64,000 nucleotides of DNA from Octopus sinensis (taxonomy: Eukaryota): assembly GCF_006345805.1 (NCBI RefSeq), contig NC_043004.1, positions 8,122,001-8,186,000 on the forward strand, in the 5' to 3' direction. A program made the translations under genes and the position numbers. Within the stretch, counting starts at the first letter, position 1, and each line of letters opens with the position of its first letter. Below, piece by piece: positions 1 through 10,529 of the stretch. Under the pieces are notes generated by a model, which saw only the letters and a list, made by a program, of their open reading frames with translations, did no database searches and was not told where the DNA came from.

Positions 1-20
1 GCCGTTACGGGCGTAATAAT

Positions 21-190
21 TAGCGGTATTTCGTCTGTCTTTACGTTCTAAGTTCAAATTCCACCGAGGTCGACTTTGCCTTTCATCCTTTCGGGGTCGA
101 TAAATTAAGTACAAGTTACGCACTGGGGTCGATGTAATCGACTGGCCTCTTCCCCCAAAATTTCAGGCCTTGTGCCTACAGTAGAAAAGT
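21..190 (+). mobile_element. tRNA-derived SINE, family A (resembles octopus OK-type SINE), 5'-truncated
   Basis: GGTATTTCGTCTG...GTTCAAATTCC (B-box-like)...GTCGACTTTGCCTTTCATCCTTTCGGGGTCGATAAATTAAGTAC; the same body recurs at 8.8, 25.2, 34.8 and 59.9 kb. Confidence 0.8.
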
Positions 191-600
191 ATCACCAAAA
201 CCACTTCTTCAAACATCTATACCCCCGCCACCACCACCATTACCATAATTTGAAGAAAGAATAAAAAATTCAACTAGAAATGGTAATTGTTACTATTTTT
301 CATTTTGCTGGAGTCAGTAAAATAAAATAACTAACAGTAATACATTCGGGTCGACTTTGTCACCTCTACTTTCCCCTCAATTTTGTGATCCTGTAATGTT
401 GTTAGAAATTAGTTTATCAAAACGACGAACGAATCATGTATTTGAAAACCATGGTCAGAAAGTAAATTGTTGATACGTTTACATAAAGAAAGGCGACTGA
501 AATGTTTGGCTTTAAATCTTCTGGTTCACAAGCTTACTTTCTCTTCTTCGCCTTTTCTATTGTTGTGGTTGCACTTCCTTGCAGCTCAGTGGTGTAATGC

Positions 601-968
601 ACTCTCCACTCAAAGACTCCTCACTCAGATTTCTCTCCATTAGCCATGCTGCGTTTAATTCCTCCCACACTCAGCACTAGCCCCTACTCTGAGTCCTTTC
701 TCTCCGGAACACCACTCCTACCAGGATTTTTTTTTTATCTCTTTACATGTTTTACCTACAGACGCTGACATGTAATAGTTTCAACTCTCCACTCAAAGAC
801 TCCTCACTCAGATTTCTCTCCATTAGCCATGCTGCGTTTAATTCCTCCCACACTCAGCACTAGCCCCTACTCCGAGTCCTTTCTCTCCGGAACATCACGC
901 CCACCAGGATTTTTTTTTTATCTCTTTACATGTTTTACCTACAGACGTTGACGTGTAATAGTTTCAAC
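601..968. repeat. Tandem duplication, about 183-bp unit x2
   Basis: ACTCTCCACTCAAAGACTCC starts at 601 and again at 784; the copies differ by a few substitutions and T-run length. Confidence 0.9.
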
Positions 969-1494
969 GGAACGTTAACGGTTTCAATCTCACCGATCGC
1001 AGGTCAGCGAAGGTCCTTCATTACTGGTCTTTCTAAAGCAACAAAAGTAAAGTAAGAAAAAAGCAACAAAAATCCAAAAGAAAAAAAACCAAAGACAAAA
1101 CAAACAAAGAATAAAAAATGTGAAAACATAAACTGCCAGACACAACCGCATAGACGGACATCATATCCGTTAAATCTTATCGTGTTTCGTAAACAGAGAT
1201 TTTAAAGAACAAGGGGAAATAGAAGCTAAACACTTAAGCGAAATCATCACCATAAAAAAATACTTCCATAATCCATCTCAGCTGTTGACCTCTTCGAGAA
1301 ACATTTAACCAAACTGTCGAATGACTTGTACGTATTTCAGATGCATTCCGCTCTTAAGTAATCTGATTAAACAAGCAAGAGTTAGCCATGCAAGAATCAG
1401 AATTGTTTTAGCCGTTCTCAGACAACAAATACTGATAAACTTCACACCCCACCCCAACACATAATCACCTACATACACAATTATACACACATAT

Positions 1495-1560
<66 letters not shown>

Positions 1561-1874
1561 TACACACATTCCTCGCTAAAGTTAATGTAGCGTCTGTCTA
1601 TTGTCTACATATCAGTGAATAACAGCAATTTTCTAAAGCGCCGAGATCACCTGTTAAGCTTTACCTGATCAGCGTTTTTTTTTTGTTCATTTACTTACTT
1701 CTTATTTTACCTTTGATATTTAAACGAAAAGTAGAATGCTCCCGACTCACTCTCTATTTTTCTCTCTCTACGTGATTTATAATAAATGTATAATATGCAT
1801 GCATAAGTGTGTATGCGTGTGTACGTATTTAACTTGATCAAACTATCTTACATATATACATGCATACATATACG

Positions 1875-1942
<68 letters not shown>

Positions 1943-2048
1943 TATATATTATATATATGTATATATGTATATAAATACATATGTGTATATATGCGTATGT
2001 GTACATATATATATATGTACATAGAGCTAGATACATATACATATATAT

Positions 2049-2101
<53 letters not shown>

Positions 2102-2150
2102 CATGTATATATGTATACATGTATATATGTATACTTACATATATATATAC

Positions 2151-2350
2151 TTAATTCAAACAAGAACAAAGAGAAAACACAACAACGCGAGGGCGTGGAA
2201 CAAGTATGGTGTTATTGGACGCTCAAGAAAGGAAAGAAAGAAGGACGATTTAACGTTTCGAGCGGAGCTCTTCGTCAGAAACATAAGAAAAGGAAAGATC
2301 CAAAGAAGAGAACAAGGAGAAAGAAAATCACCAACGATACACACGCGGTC
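2151..2350 (-). mobile_element. Penelope-like element terminus (pLTR-like fragment), family X copy 1
   Basis: About 200-bp repeat shared with 4131-4330 and more loosely 55260-55450; abuts (TA)n; carries a hammerhead core on the minus strand. Confidence 0.55.
2248..2282 (-). ncRNA. Minimal type-I hammerhead ribozyme motif
   Basis: Minus strand GTTT-CTGACGA-A-GAGC-TCC-GCTC-GAAA-CG-TT^AAAT: core, 4-bp stem II, ACGT palindrome, weak 4-bp stem I. Confidence 0.5.
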
Positions 2351-2497
2351 ATAGTGGAATTTTTTAGAAATTTCTGTCGACCTTTTTTGAGTAGCGTGCG
2401 TATTGTGAAAAAATTATATGATTATGGACAAGGTGTCTAATTTCGGTATATTTGGCATTAGAAATTTTTTCGTTTGCCCTTATTTATAAGTTATATA

Positions 2498-2575
<78 letters not shown>

Positions 2576-3187
2576 ATATATATACACATATATATATACA
2601 TACTTTATATATATATACACACGCACAAACGCACACACGCACACACATATACACCCACACACACACGCACACACACGTATATAGGCATATAACGAAAAGG
2701 CCAGTACCCGAATTTGAAAGAACTACATGCACGACGAAAGCAATTGTAAAATCACTATTTTTACTCTCTTCCCTTTTTCTTCTCTCCCCTGTCCACGTAT
2801 TCTATAAAAACTCAATATGACCGACTTTACAATAATATACAGTTGTTATAATCTTTACCGAACGTTTACTTTGATATTATCTATCCATGCGAAACACATT
2901 GAATTTTTTGTGAACATTTGATTATTTGATCGTTTAGACACGTTTATCCGATTTCTACTTCGTAAATTTAAACTCTGTTAAAATTCACTAGTTTTATACA
3001 TGTTTGTACCATTGATAAACAAAAAAAAATTGTTGAAACTAGTTTGTTGTCTAAATAAATCTATTTAAAAACAACTACGCGCTTTTCAAATTCAGGTGCG
3101 TTTTCTAACCCGAAAACAAATTCTCTTATATAGTATTTCCGCGTGGGAATACACCTCTTCTCTCCATATACATACATACATATATAT

Positions 3188-4040
3188 GTTAGTTAGTTAG
3201 TTAGTTAGTTAATTTGGCTCAAAAGCAAATAGCAAGGCCATGTAGGGGGACATGGAGTTAAGTACAGGGTGGTGTTCGTCTAAAGAGTTCAGGCCACTTG
3301 AGGTCCAGGGAGGCTTTGAACAAAGCGGTCGTCGGCATCTTCACCATCTCGTCTGGCAGCTTGTTCCACGGATCTGCAACCCGGACGGAGAAAGCTCCTC
3401 TCCTTCGATTGAGATGAAATCGTCGCAGGTAGAGCTTTTCGGAATGACCCCGCAGCCGACGCTCCGGAGCAGGAGTGAAGAACAGTTCTTTCGAGAGGTT
3501 ACACTTCCCGCTTATGATGTTGTGGGCGAGAATGAGATCACCACGGCGGCGGCGTTTTTCAAGAGAACAAAGGTCGAGCGTCCTCAGCCTTTCTTTGTAG
3601 GACAAACTTTTGAGACCATGAACCATGCGGGTAGCCAGCCTCTGGACTCTTTCGAGGTGCTGTATGTCTTTGAGGAGATAAGGAGAAGAGGCTTGAATCC
3701 CATACTCCAATATGGGTCTCACCAGCGTGACATAGAGTGGCAGGAATATGGCTGCTGTGAGCATTCCGAATGACCGTCGAATCAAAAACAGAATTCCGCG
3801 CGCTTTGTTGGCAGCATGGACGCACTGGGCCGAAGGCGAAAAGGAGGAATCCACCAAGATACCCAGGTCCTTTACCTGATCGGTCCTCTCCAGCAGCAGA
3901 CGACCCGGCTCGAAATCAAGTTGAGTTGCAGGAGTAGAGCCGACAGGCAGATGACAGCACTTTGACACGTTCAGACACAGGTCCCAATCGTTAGACCACT
4001 TCCAAATTTGGTGGAGGCATCGACGAAGATCCTCTATACT
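3188..4040 (-). mobile_element. CR1-type LINE, 5'-truncated: RT C-terminal region, 3' UTR and (TAAC)n tail
   Basis: Uninterrupted frame of about 260 aa (KDLGILVD, LYVTLVRPILEY, LERVQRLATRMV, RRRRGDLI, FSVRVADPWNKLP); (GTTA)n at 3188-3210 on + is the 3' tail. Confidence 0.9.
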
Positions 4041-4069
4041 ACTATATATATATATATATATTATATATA

Positions 4070-4114
<45 letters not shown>

Positions 4115-4130
4115 TACATATATGTATAGT

Positions 4131-4330
4131 TAATTCAAACATGAACAAACAAGAAATAAACAACAACGCGAGGACGTGGAATAAGTACAGTGTTATTGGA
4201 CGCTCAGGAAAGGATAGAAAAGAAAGAGGATTTCACGTTTCGAGCGGAGCTCGTCGACAGAAATATAGAAAAAGTTCAAAGAAGGGAAGACGGAGAAAGA
4301 AAATCGCCAACGATATACACGCTGTCACAT
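4131..4330 (-). mobile_element. Penelope-like terminus, family X copy 2 (decayed hammerhead)
   Basis: Diverged copy of 2151-2350; the minus-strand core reads CTGTCGA...GAAACGTG, with substitutions at core position 6 and the cleavage base. Confidence 0.5.
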
Positions 4331-4334
4331 ATTG

Positions 4335-4365
<31 letters not shown>

Positions 4366-4395
4366 CGAGAAAAAAGCAACAAGAATGGATTAGTT

Positions 4396-4486
4396 TTTTA
4401 GTACAATTGTTTCATACAAAGACAGGCTTTATTAAAAGCTGCAAATATTGCAGCAAATACAAGTGTCCCGTACTCATCAGCTAAAA
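4396..4486 (-). ncRNA. Type-I hammerhead ribozyme (left arm of palindrome)
   Basis: Exact reverse complement of 5143-5233. Confidence 0.75.
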
Positions 4487-5142
4487 CACATATGAGTTCT
4501 CCAAACATCTTAGTGGGTGAGGCTACACTCATGAAGTATCGGAGATAATTTTATAAAAAGCAAATTCAGGTTGTAAGCGGACTTCCAAAGTTCTTTAATG
4601 ATGATGCACAGTCTTATAACAGGTTTTAAAAAAGCTTATTAGCTTCACAGAGAAGGTGAATCAATCCATAATGTAGTTGCAAATTTCCAGAGATATGAGG
4701 AGATATTTCATACTCACAGACGATGAATCTATCCATGATTAATCCACAATGAGGTGGGTATAATTCATGCTATATGATAAGATACTCGTCACACTACTGT
4801 TCCCTTCACAAAACTATTGTGAAGGGAACAGTAGTGTGACGAGTATCTTATCATATAGCATGAAATTATACCCACCTCATTGTGGATTAATCATGGATAG
4901 ATTCATCGTCTGTGAGTATGAAATATCTCCTCATATCTCTGGAAATTTGCAACTACATTATGGATTGATTCACCTTCTCTGTGAAGCTAATAAGCTTTTT
5001 TAAAACCTGTTATAAGACTGTGCATCATCATTAAAGAACTTTGGAAGTCCGCTTACAACCTGAATCTGCTTTTTATAAAACTATCTCCGATACTTCATGA
5101 GTGTAGCCTCACCCACTAAGATGTTTGGAGAACTCATATGTG

Positions 5143-5233
5143 TTTTAGCTGATGAGTACGGGACACTTGTATTTGCTGCAATATTTGCAGCTTTTAATAA
5201 AGCCTGTCTTTGTATGAAACAATTGTACTAAAA
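5143..5233 (+). ncRNA. Type-I hammerhead ribozyme (right arm of palindrome)
   Basis: Stem I TTTTAG(5143-48)/CTAAAA(5228-33); CTGATGA 5149-55; stem II GTAC/GTAT with a structured insert; GAAA 5216-19; stem III palindrome ACAATTGT; GUA triplet, predicted cleavage after 5227. Confidence 0.75.
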
Positions 5234-5398
5234 AACTAATCCATTCTTGTTGCTTTTTTCTCGTTTATAATCACCCCACATTATTGTATGGTTAATACCA
5301 TATAGTTTTCTGGTGCATCTAAGTTAAGTACCGCATTCAAGTGAATTCATTAGAACTGACTTGAATCTTAATTGCTTTTACTATATATATATACATAT

Positions 5399-5430
<32 letters not shown>

Positions 5431-5470
5431 ATATATATATATATATTATATATATATATGTATATATATA

Positions 5471-6408
5471 CCGTAAATCCTCGAGTATAGTCCGCCCTTG
5501 AGTATAATACACAGAGAATTTTTGGGGGCTGTAACTCTGAATAACCTAAACCTTGTGGATAATACGCACCCCTTCTCTAACTTGAGTCAAGGAGGTCTAT
5601 ATAACGTCCTTGGTTTGTAAAAATGTATACAGTAACGTCCTTTATTATTGCCTTTTTGCCTTCTTTATCTTTGGCTTCTGTTTAATTTCATCTTTATTTC
5701 TTCTCCGTAACCTGATATTGTTTTCAACATCAAATTTTCTTTCGGCGGTCATATTATCATGCTCTTCAGCATATGATATAACTTCAAGTTTAAACATAGC
5801 CGAATAAGATCTACGATGTATTTTATGGGCATGTAATGTATAAAATGTTTTATTGGAGATTAATGTACAGGTTTAAGTCCCGCTTACAAAAAACCCTAGT
5901 AAAGACCCACAGTAGTTCAAACATTTAATACTGGTATTTAATTAAGTATTTATTGTTTGCCACGGTGATGATGCAAACTGCCAATACAAACAGCAGGATG
6001 AACTTATTTATCGCTAAACTATTAAGCCAGCAGCACCTAGTCGAACAAACACTCCCGCGCGTGCATAATACAATAATGCTGATGTTCTTAACTGTTATAT
6101 GGGAATGTAAATATGCTTGCAAATTGTTTTTGTTACATGTTATTCTGTGATCTGAATACTTTTATTTTAATTAATGTTGCTTACTGCAAGTTATGGATGA
6201 TTCTTTTATGACTTCATGGCTTTCAGGCTTAGCTTAAGGTATTTTCGCGCCCGACATCACAAAATGCGTCTGAATAAACAATGCCGGACAGCAAATAGAC
6301 ACTCAGACATTGCTTAGAAAATATTTTTCATTTTTAAACTCGTATATAATACGCACTATGGATTTTGACCTTTAAATTTTGGGAAAAAAGTGCGGATTAT
6401 ACTCGAGG

Positions 6409-6413
<5 letters not shown>
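5471..6413 (-). mobile_element. Non-autonomous pogo/Tc2-like DNA transposon (about 940 bp) in (TA)n
   Basis: TIRs CCGTAAATCCTCGAGTATAGTCCGC (5471) and GCGGATTATACTCGAGGATTTA (6392-6413); minus-strand remnant RRSYSAMFKLEVISYAEEHDNMTAERKFDV (about 5650-5815) resembles the N-terminal Brinker-type HTH of pogo transposases. Confidence 0.75.
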
Positions 6414-6462
<49 letters not shown>

Positions 6463-6469
6463 ATATATC

Positions 6470-6526
<57 letters not shown>

Positions 6527-6585
6527 ATTTATATATACATACACACACACACACATATATATATATATACACACACATAAACATA

Positions 6586-6704
6586 GTCGCGGGTGTGGCT
6601 GTGTGGTAAGTAGCTTGCTTACCAACCACATGGTTCCGGGTTCATTCCCACTACGTGGTACCTTGGGCAAAGTATCTTGCACTATAGCCTCGGGCAATGA
6701 ATCA
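6586..6704 (+). mobile_element. tRNA-derived SINE family B (OR/CORE-like), 5' part
   Basis: TGGCTGTGTGGTAAG A-box-like, GGTTCATTCC B-box-like, CCTTGGGCAA core-like motif. Confidence 0.8.
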
Positions 6705-6941
6705 GAAACTAGTCTCTGGTTGCTGGCTTAGCTGAGTGGAGGTGCTTATCTCCCCCTTTGTAAACATAAGGACACAATAAATGTGTCAAGGCCGACGGCA
6801 AGCGGTGCTGCTTCCAAGGGCTAAATAGCAGTAGTATTCTTCTCTCTCATGGGACTGTCATATTAATTTGACAACACATCACCACTTTATCGTGTTACTA
6901 CTGTATAGATCTCTCTGAGAGATTTAGAAATGCATTATTTG

Positions 6942-7013
<72 letters not shown>

Positions 7014-7909
7014 TCACACGCAGAAACACATACATATATATTACTCACACACTACTAGCAAAATCCACTCAAAGAGAGAGGGTGAGAGAGAGAATACTAA
7101 AAATATCCTGCTGGTCCCATTTATCGCCAAGTGGAAAGTGTTACTGCTGCACAATGAAAATCAGCAAAGAATAACCGGTTAATGAAGAAATGATTTGCTC
7201 AAGTCTCAGAAATAGATTGAGGCACGTGCGTTTGATGAGGGAAAGCACTTTATTCACCATTACCTGCAGAAAATGTAACGCGAAAAGACAAGGAGTGTGT
7301 ATGGTAGTAGAGATACGTAGAATTCGAAAGACAGATCAAATCCTGCAAGTACACCCCATAGAGATTAACGGGTGTCTCATTCGGCAGATGGAATAGTAAC
7401 TATCTATGCCTCAGGCTCAACTTACAAAAGTGAAGTGTCTTACGATTTCTTTGACGAGTAACAAGCATAAAAAACAACAATAAAAAAAAACGAAAGTTTC
7501 CATGAAAAATCCGTCGCGTAATCATCGCTAAAATAGGAGAAGGCCAACCCAAGAACTGGTCAAATGATACAAGAAAATATAGTCTGTGGGAAGGTAAACG
7601 AATTATTGCAGTTGTATGTAATAAATAAATGGTCTCACGGTAATAAATATTCCGTTCCGTCACTGAGAAATGAAAGACGAGCAAGGCGAGCCACAGTCGA
7701 CAAGCAAATCCTTAGTTGGATAAATAACAAGATTATCTGTATTGTCTATAGTATTATCTGTAGACTATAGGATTATCTACCGAGAGTGGAAGACAAATCT
7801 AATAAATAAATAAATGAATAAATCTAGTGATAGATTGTCACCAGAAATAGAGAGTATCTGCGAACAAAGTGGAAAAGTCAAAAGAAAAAAGGTTGAACAA
7901 CCCCAGACG

Positions 7910-8265
7910 ATTATTTACATTATTTACATTCGACGGATATTTGTCCTCATCTTGTTTGTTGTTAACACAACGTTTCCTACGGCATATGCCCACGGGCAAA
8001 TGGTGTAGTGGTTAAGAGCGCGGGCTACTAACCCCAAGATTCCGAGTTCGATTCAACATCAACAACAACAACAATAATAATGACACCGAAAAATACCTTA
8101 GGAATGAGAATCCAGGTTCGAAATTTTCCCCAAGACACCTGATTTTGGTTGGAGGGTATATCAGCGGAAACGTTGTGGTAACAACAAACAAGATGAGGAC
8201 AAATATCCGTCGAATGTAAATAATATAAATAATAATCTACATAATTCCTCATCTCTTAAATATAG
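7910..8265 (+). mobile_element. Composite: inverted 3'-end copy, tRNA-like head, (AAC/AAT)n and Penelope-like end with decayed hammerhead
   Basis: Inverted arms 7910-7977 and 8166-8233; GGTGTAGTGGTTAAGAGC...GAGTTCGATTC at 7994-8053; ACAC-CTGA...CAGCG-GAAA-CG-TT-GTG at 8135-8177. Confidence 0.55.
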
Positions 8266-8776
8266 AACTGTAGAACTCAGGTGATATTGTCAAAAGCGAA
8301 TAATATACAGAAGAGAATAAAAGTAGTTAAAAACACAGAAGTAAACAACATATAAATAGTCTACAAAACAAACTAAAAACTAGCGGGAAGTGATTTCAAG
8401 AACAATAATAGTCCGAATCTTTTAAAGTCTGTCCGTGAAATGGCGAGAAAGATGAGATAAAACAAGAGAAGTGCAATGAAAGGGAAAGACGGTTACATAC
8501 ATACAAACACAGCTGAAGTACTTCAAAATTATTTGAAACAACGTCTGAACACTGAGTTATCACAAATCCCGGGAGCGATGTCGGATATTCCGGGTGGTCC
8601 ATCTGATGCAGAGATACTCATGATGCAAAAATAACGAAGGATGAAAGAGAAAAAGTAATTAAAAGAAGGGAAAATATTTAAAACCTGCTCTAGAGATACT
8701 ATCAATGGTGAAGTACTAAAAACGGGGGTTGGGAAGGATATATCACATGTAATATTTAAGAGAGTATTTTAGGGTG

Positions 8777-9171
8777 GGGCGAGATGGCGGAATCGTTAGG
8801 AGGGGGGGCAAAATGCTTAGCGGTATTTCGTCTGCCGTTACGTTCTGAGTTCAAATTCCGCTGAGATCGACTTTGCTTTTTATCCTCTCGGGGTCGATAA
8901 AATTAGTACCAGTTACGCACTGGAGTCGATATAATCGACTTAATCCGTTTGTCTGTCCTTGTTTGTCCCCTCTGTGTTAAGCCCCTTGTGGGTAGTAAAG
9001 AAATAGGTATTTCGTCCGCCGTTACGTTCTGAGTTCAAATTTCGCCGTGGTCGACATTGTCTTTCATCCTTCAAGTGTCGATAAAATTAGTACCAGGTGA
9101 GCCCTGGGGTCGATGTAATTGACTTAGCTCCTCTTCCGAAGTTGCTGGCCTTATGCCAAAATTTGAAAGCA
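8777..9171 (+). mobile_element. Two family-A SINE units in tandem
   Basis: GGTATTTCGTC...GAGTTCAAATT...GTCGATAAAATTAGTACCAG occurs twice (about 8820 and 9007). Confidence 0.8.
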
Positions 9172-9419
9172 ATAGTTAAGACAATATAGAAAACGGGGCA
9201 GACACTAAAAGACTAAAAGACTCAGTCCGAATTCTGGTAAAATCAAAGCAAGCAAAACTCCTGTTAAACTGTTGGGGGTTGGGGGGGTTGGGGAGAATTT
9301 CTCATTTACTGGAATCTTTCGGCGACAGATGGAGAAATAAAATCGAAGGAGCGATGAAAGAGAGAGAGAGAGAGGGAGAAAGAAAAGGGGAGAGAGAGAA
9401 TGGAGAGAGTGAATGGGTC

Positions 9420-9467
<48 letters not shown>

Positions 9468-10203
9468 TCAGTTTTGCTTTAATGTAGTAGAGGCACAGTT
9501 GATACCAATTTTACTGTCTGATAAATAATTGAGAAAACAAAAAGTGAATCGAGTGACTTTACACTTCAATTTAATCGACTTCGAAGGTTGCCTTCAGCAG
9601 GAACTGGTGGCGGGCTCTGGTGGAGATAATGAAAACAATATGTGTAACGTGCAATAAAGTGTCTGAGTAAAAAGGTGCCATACTGCAATGCAGAGTGTGT
9701 CGCGGTTATGGTTGATCAATTGACGGGTGTGGTTTGAAGTAATTTTGAATCTAAGACAAAGTTACTATCACTTAATATTTTCATCAGTCTTTAAGATTTG
9801 GAAGAAAGTAGTTTGGCATTCCATCGTCTCCGTCCCCACAGAGATTAAATATGATGATGGGACAATCTTAATATCCTCCATCTTTGACAAATGAAAAAAA
9901 ATTTCACAAAACTTTTAAACTAGGAATCTAAAAACGGAGCTTAGAAATAAATGGTATGCAGTGCAAGACTCTTCCACCTGACATCGCAATAACCCCACTG
10001 GCTGCTTCCGAAATGGAATATATCGCAGAGCTAGTCTGTTTTGGTAGTATAGTAAGAACAAAAGTTTCAATAACGTCTACTCAGAGTTTCACGTTACCGT
10101 TCGTTGGACAGTTGTGATCGTACTGTATGATCACAACTGTCCGACGAGCACGCACACACACGCACATACACACACATTTATATATATATATATATATATA
10201 TAT

Positions 10204-10370
10204 GTAGGCGTAGGAGTGGCTGTGTGGTAAGTAGCTTGCTTACCAACCACATAGTTCCAGGTTCAGTCCCACTGCATGGCACCTTGGGCAAGTGTCTTCT
10301 ACTATAGTCTCGCGCCGACCAAATCCTTGTGAGTGGATTTGGTAGACGGAACCGAAAGAAGCCCATCGTA
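10204..10370 (+). mobile_element. SINE family B, 5' half
   Basis: GTGGCTGTGTGGTAAGTAGCTTGCTTACCAACCAC...CACCTTGGGCAAGTGTCTT. Confidence 0.8.
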
Positions 10371-10378
10371 TATATATA

Positions 10379-10419
<41 letters not shown>

Positions 10420-10529
10420 GTGACACTTAGTCGGTTGCCATGATAAAACTCAGAGTCATGGTTCCTCAGCTTTGTCTCATCCACTTTTTCAATTGGTCGA
10501 GTGCGATTATTATGAAGCGGATAGTAAGA

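Larger units (their letters stand above)
4365..5264. repeat. 900-bp near-perfect palindrome (arms 4365-4811 and 4817-5264, 5-nt loop AACTA)
   Basis: Manual arm comparison found 2 substitutions and 1 indel over about 447 bp; apex CCCTTCACAA-AACTA-TTGTGAAGGG. Confidence 0.97.

Noticed and set aside
3188-3210. Telomeric repeat
   Set aside because: (GTTA)n is not TTAGGG and sits exactly at the LINE 3' end, so it is a tail.
3252-3773. 173-aa + strand ORF
   Set aside because: It is the antisense shadow of the CR1-type RT frame.
4767-5003. 78-aa ORF across the palindrome apex
   Set aside because: No recognisable motif; it starts in one arm and reads through the loop, so it is probably incidental.
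5731-5772. Hammerhead on minus (CTGAAGA...GAAA)
   Set aside because: No credible stem II or III; it lies within the pogo HTH coding remnant.
7100-7600. RTE RT C-terminal remnant
   Set aside because: Only faint motifs (YGS, RRGRP-like) across broken frames; too weak to call.
7994-8053. Functional tRNA gene
   Set aside because: A- and B-box-like motifs are present but there is no 3' acceptor strand or complete cloverleaf; treated as a SINE-type head.
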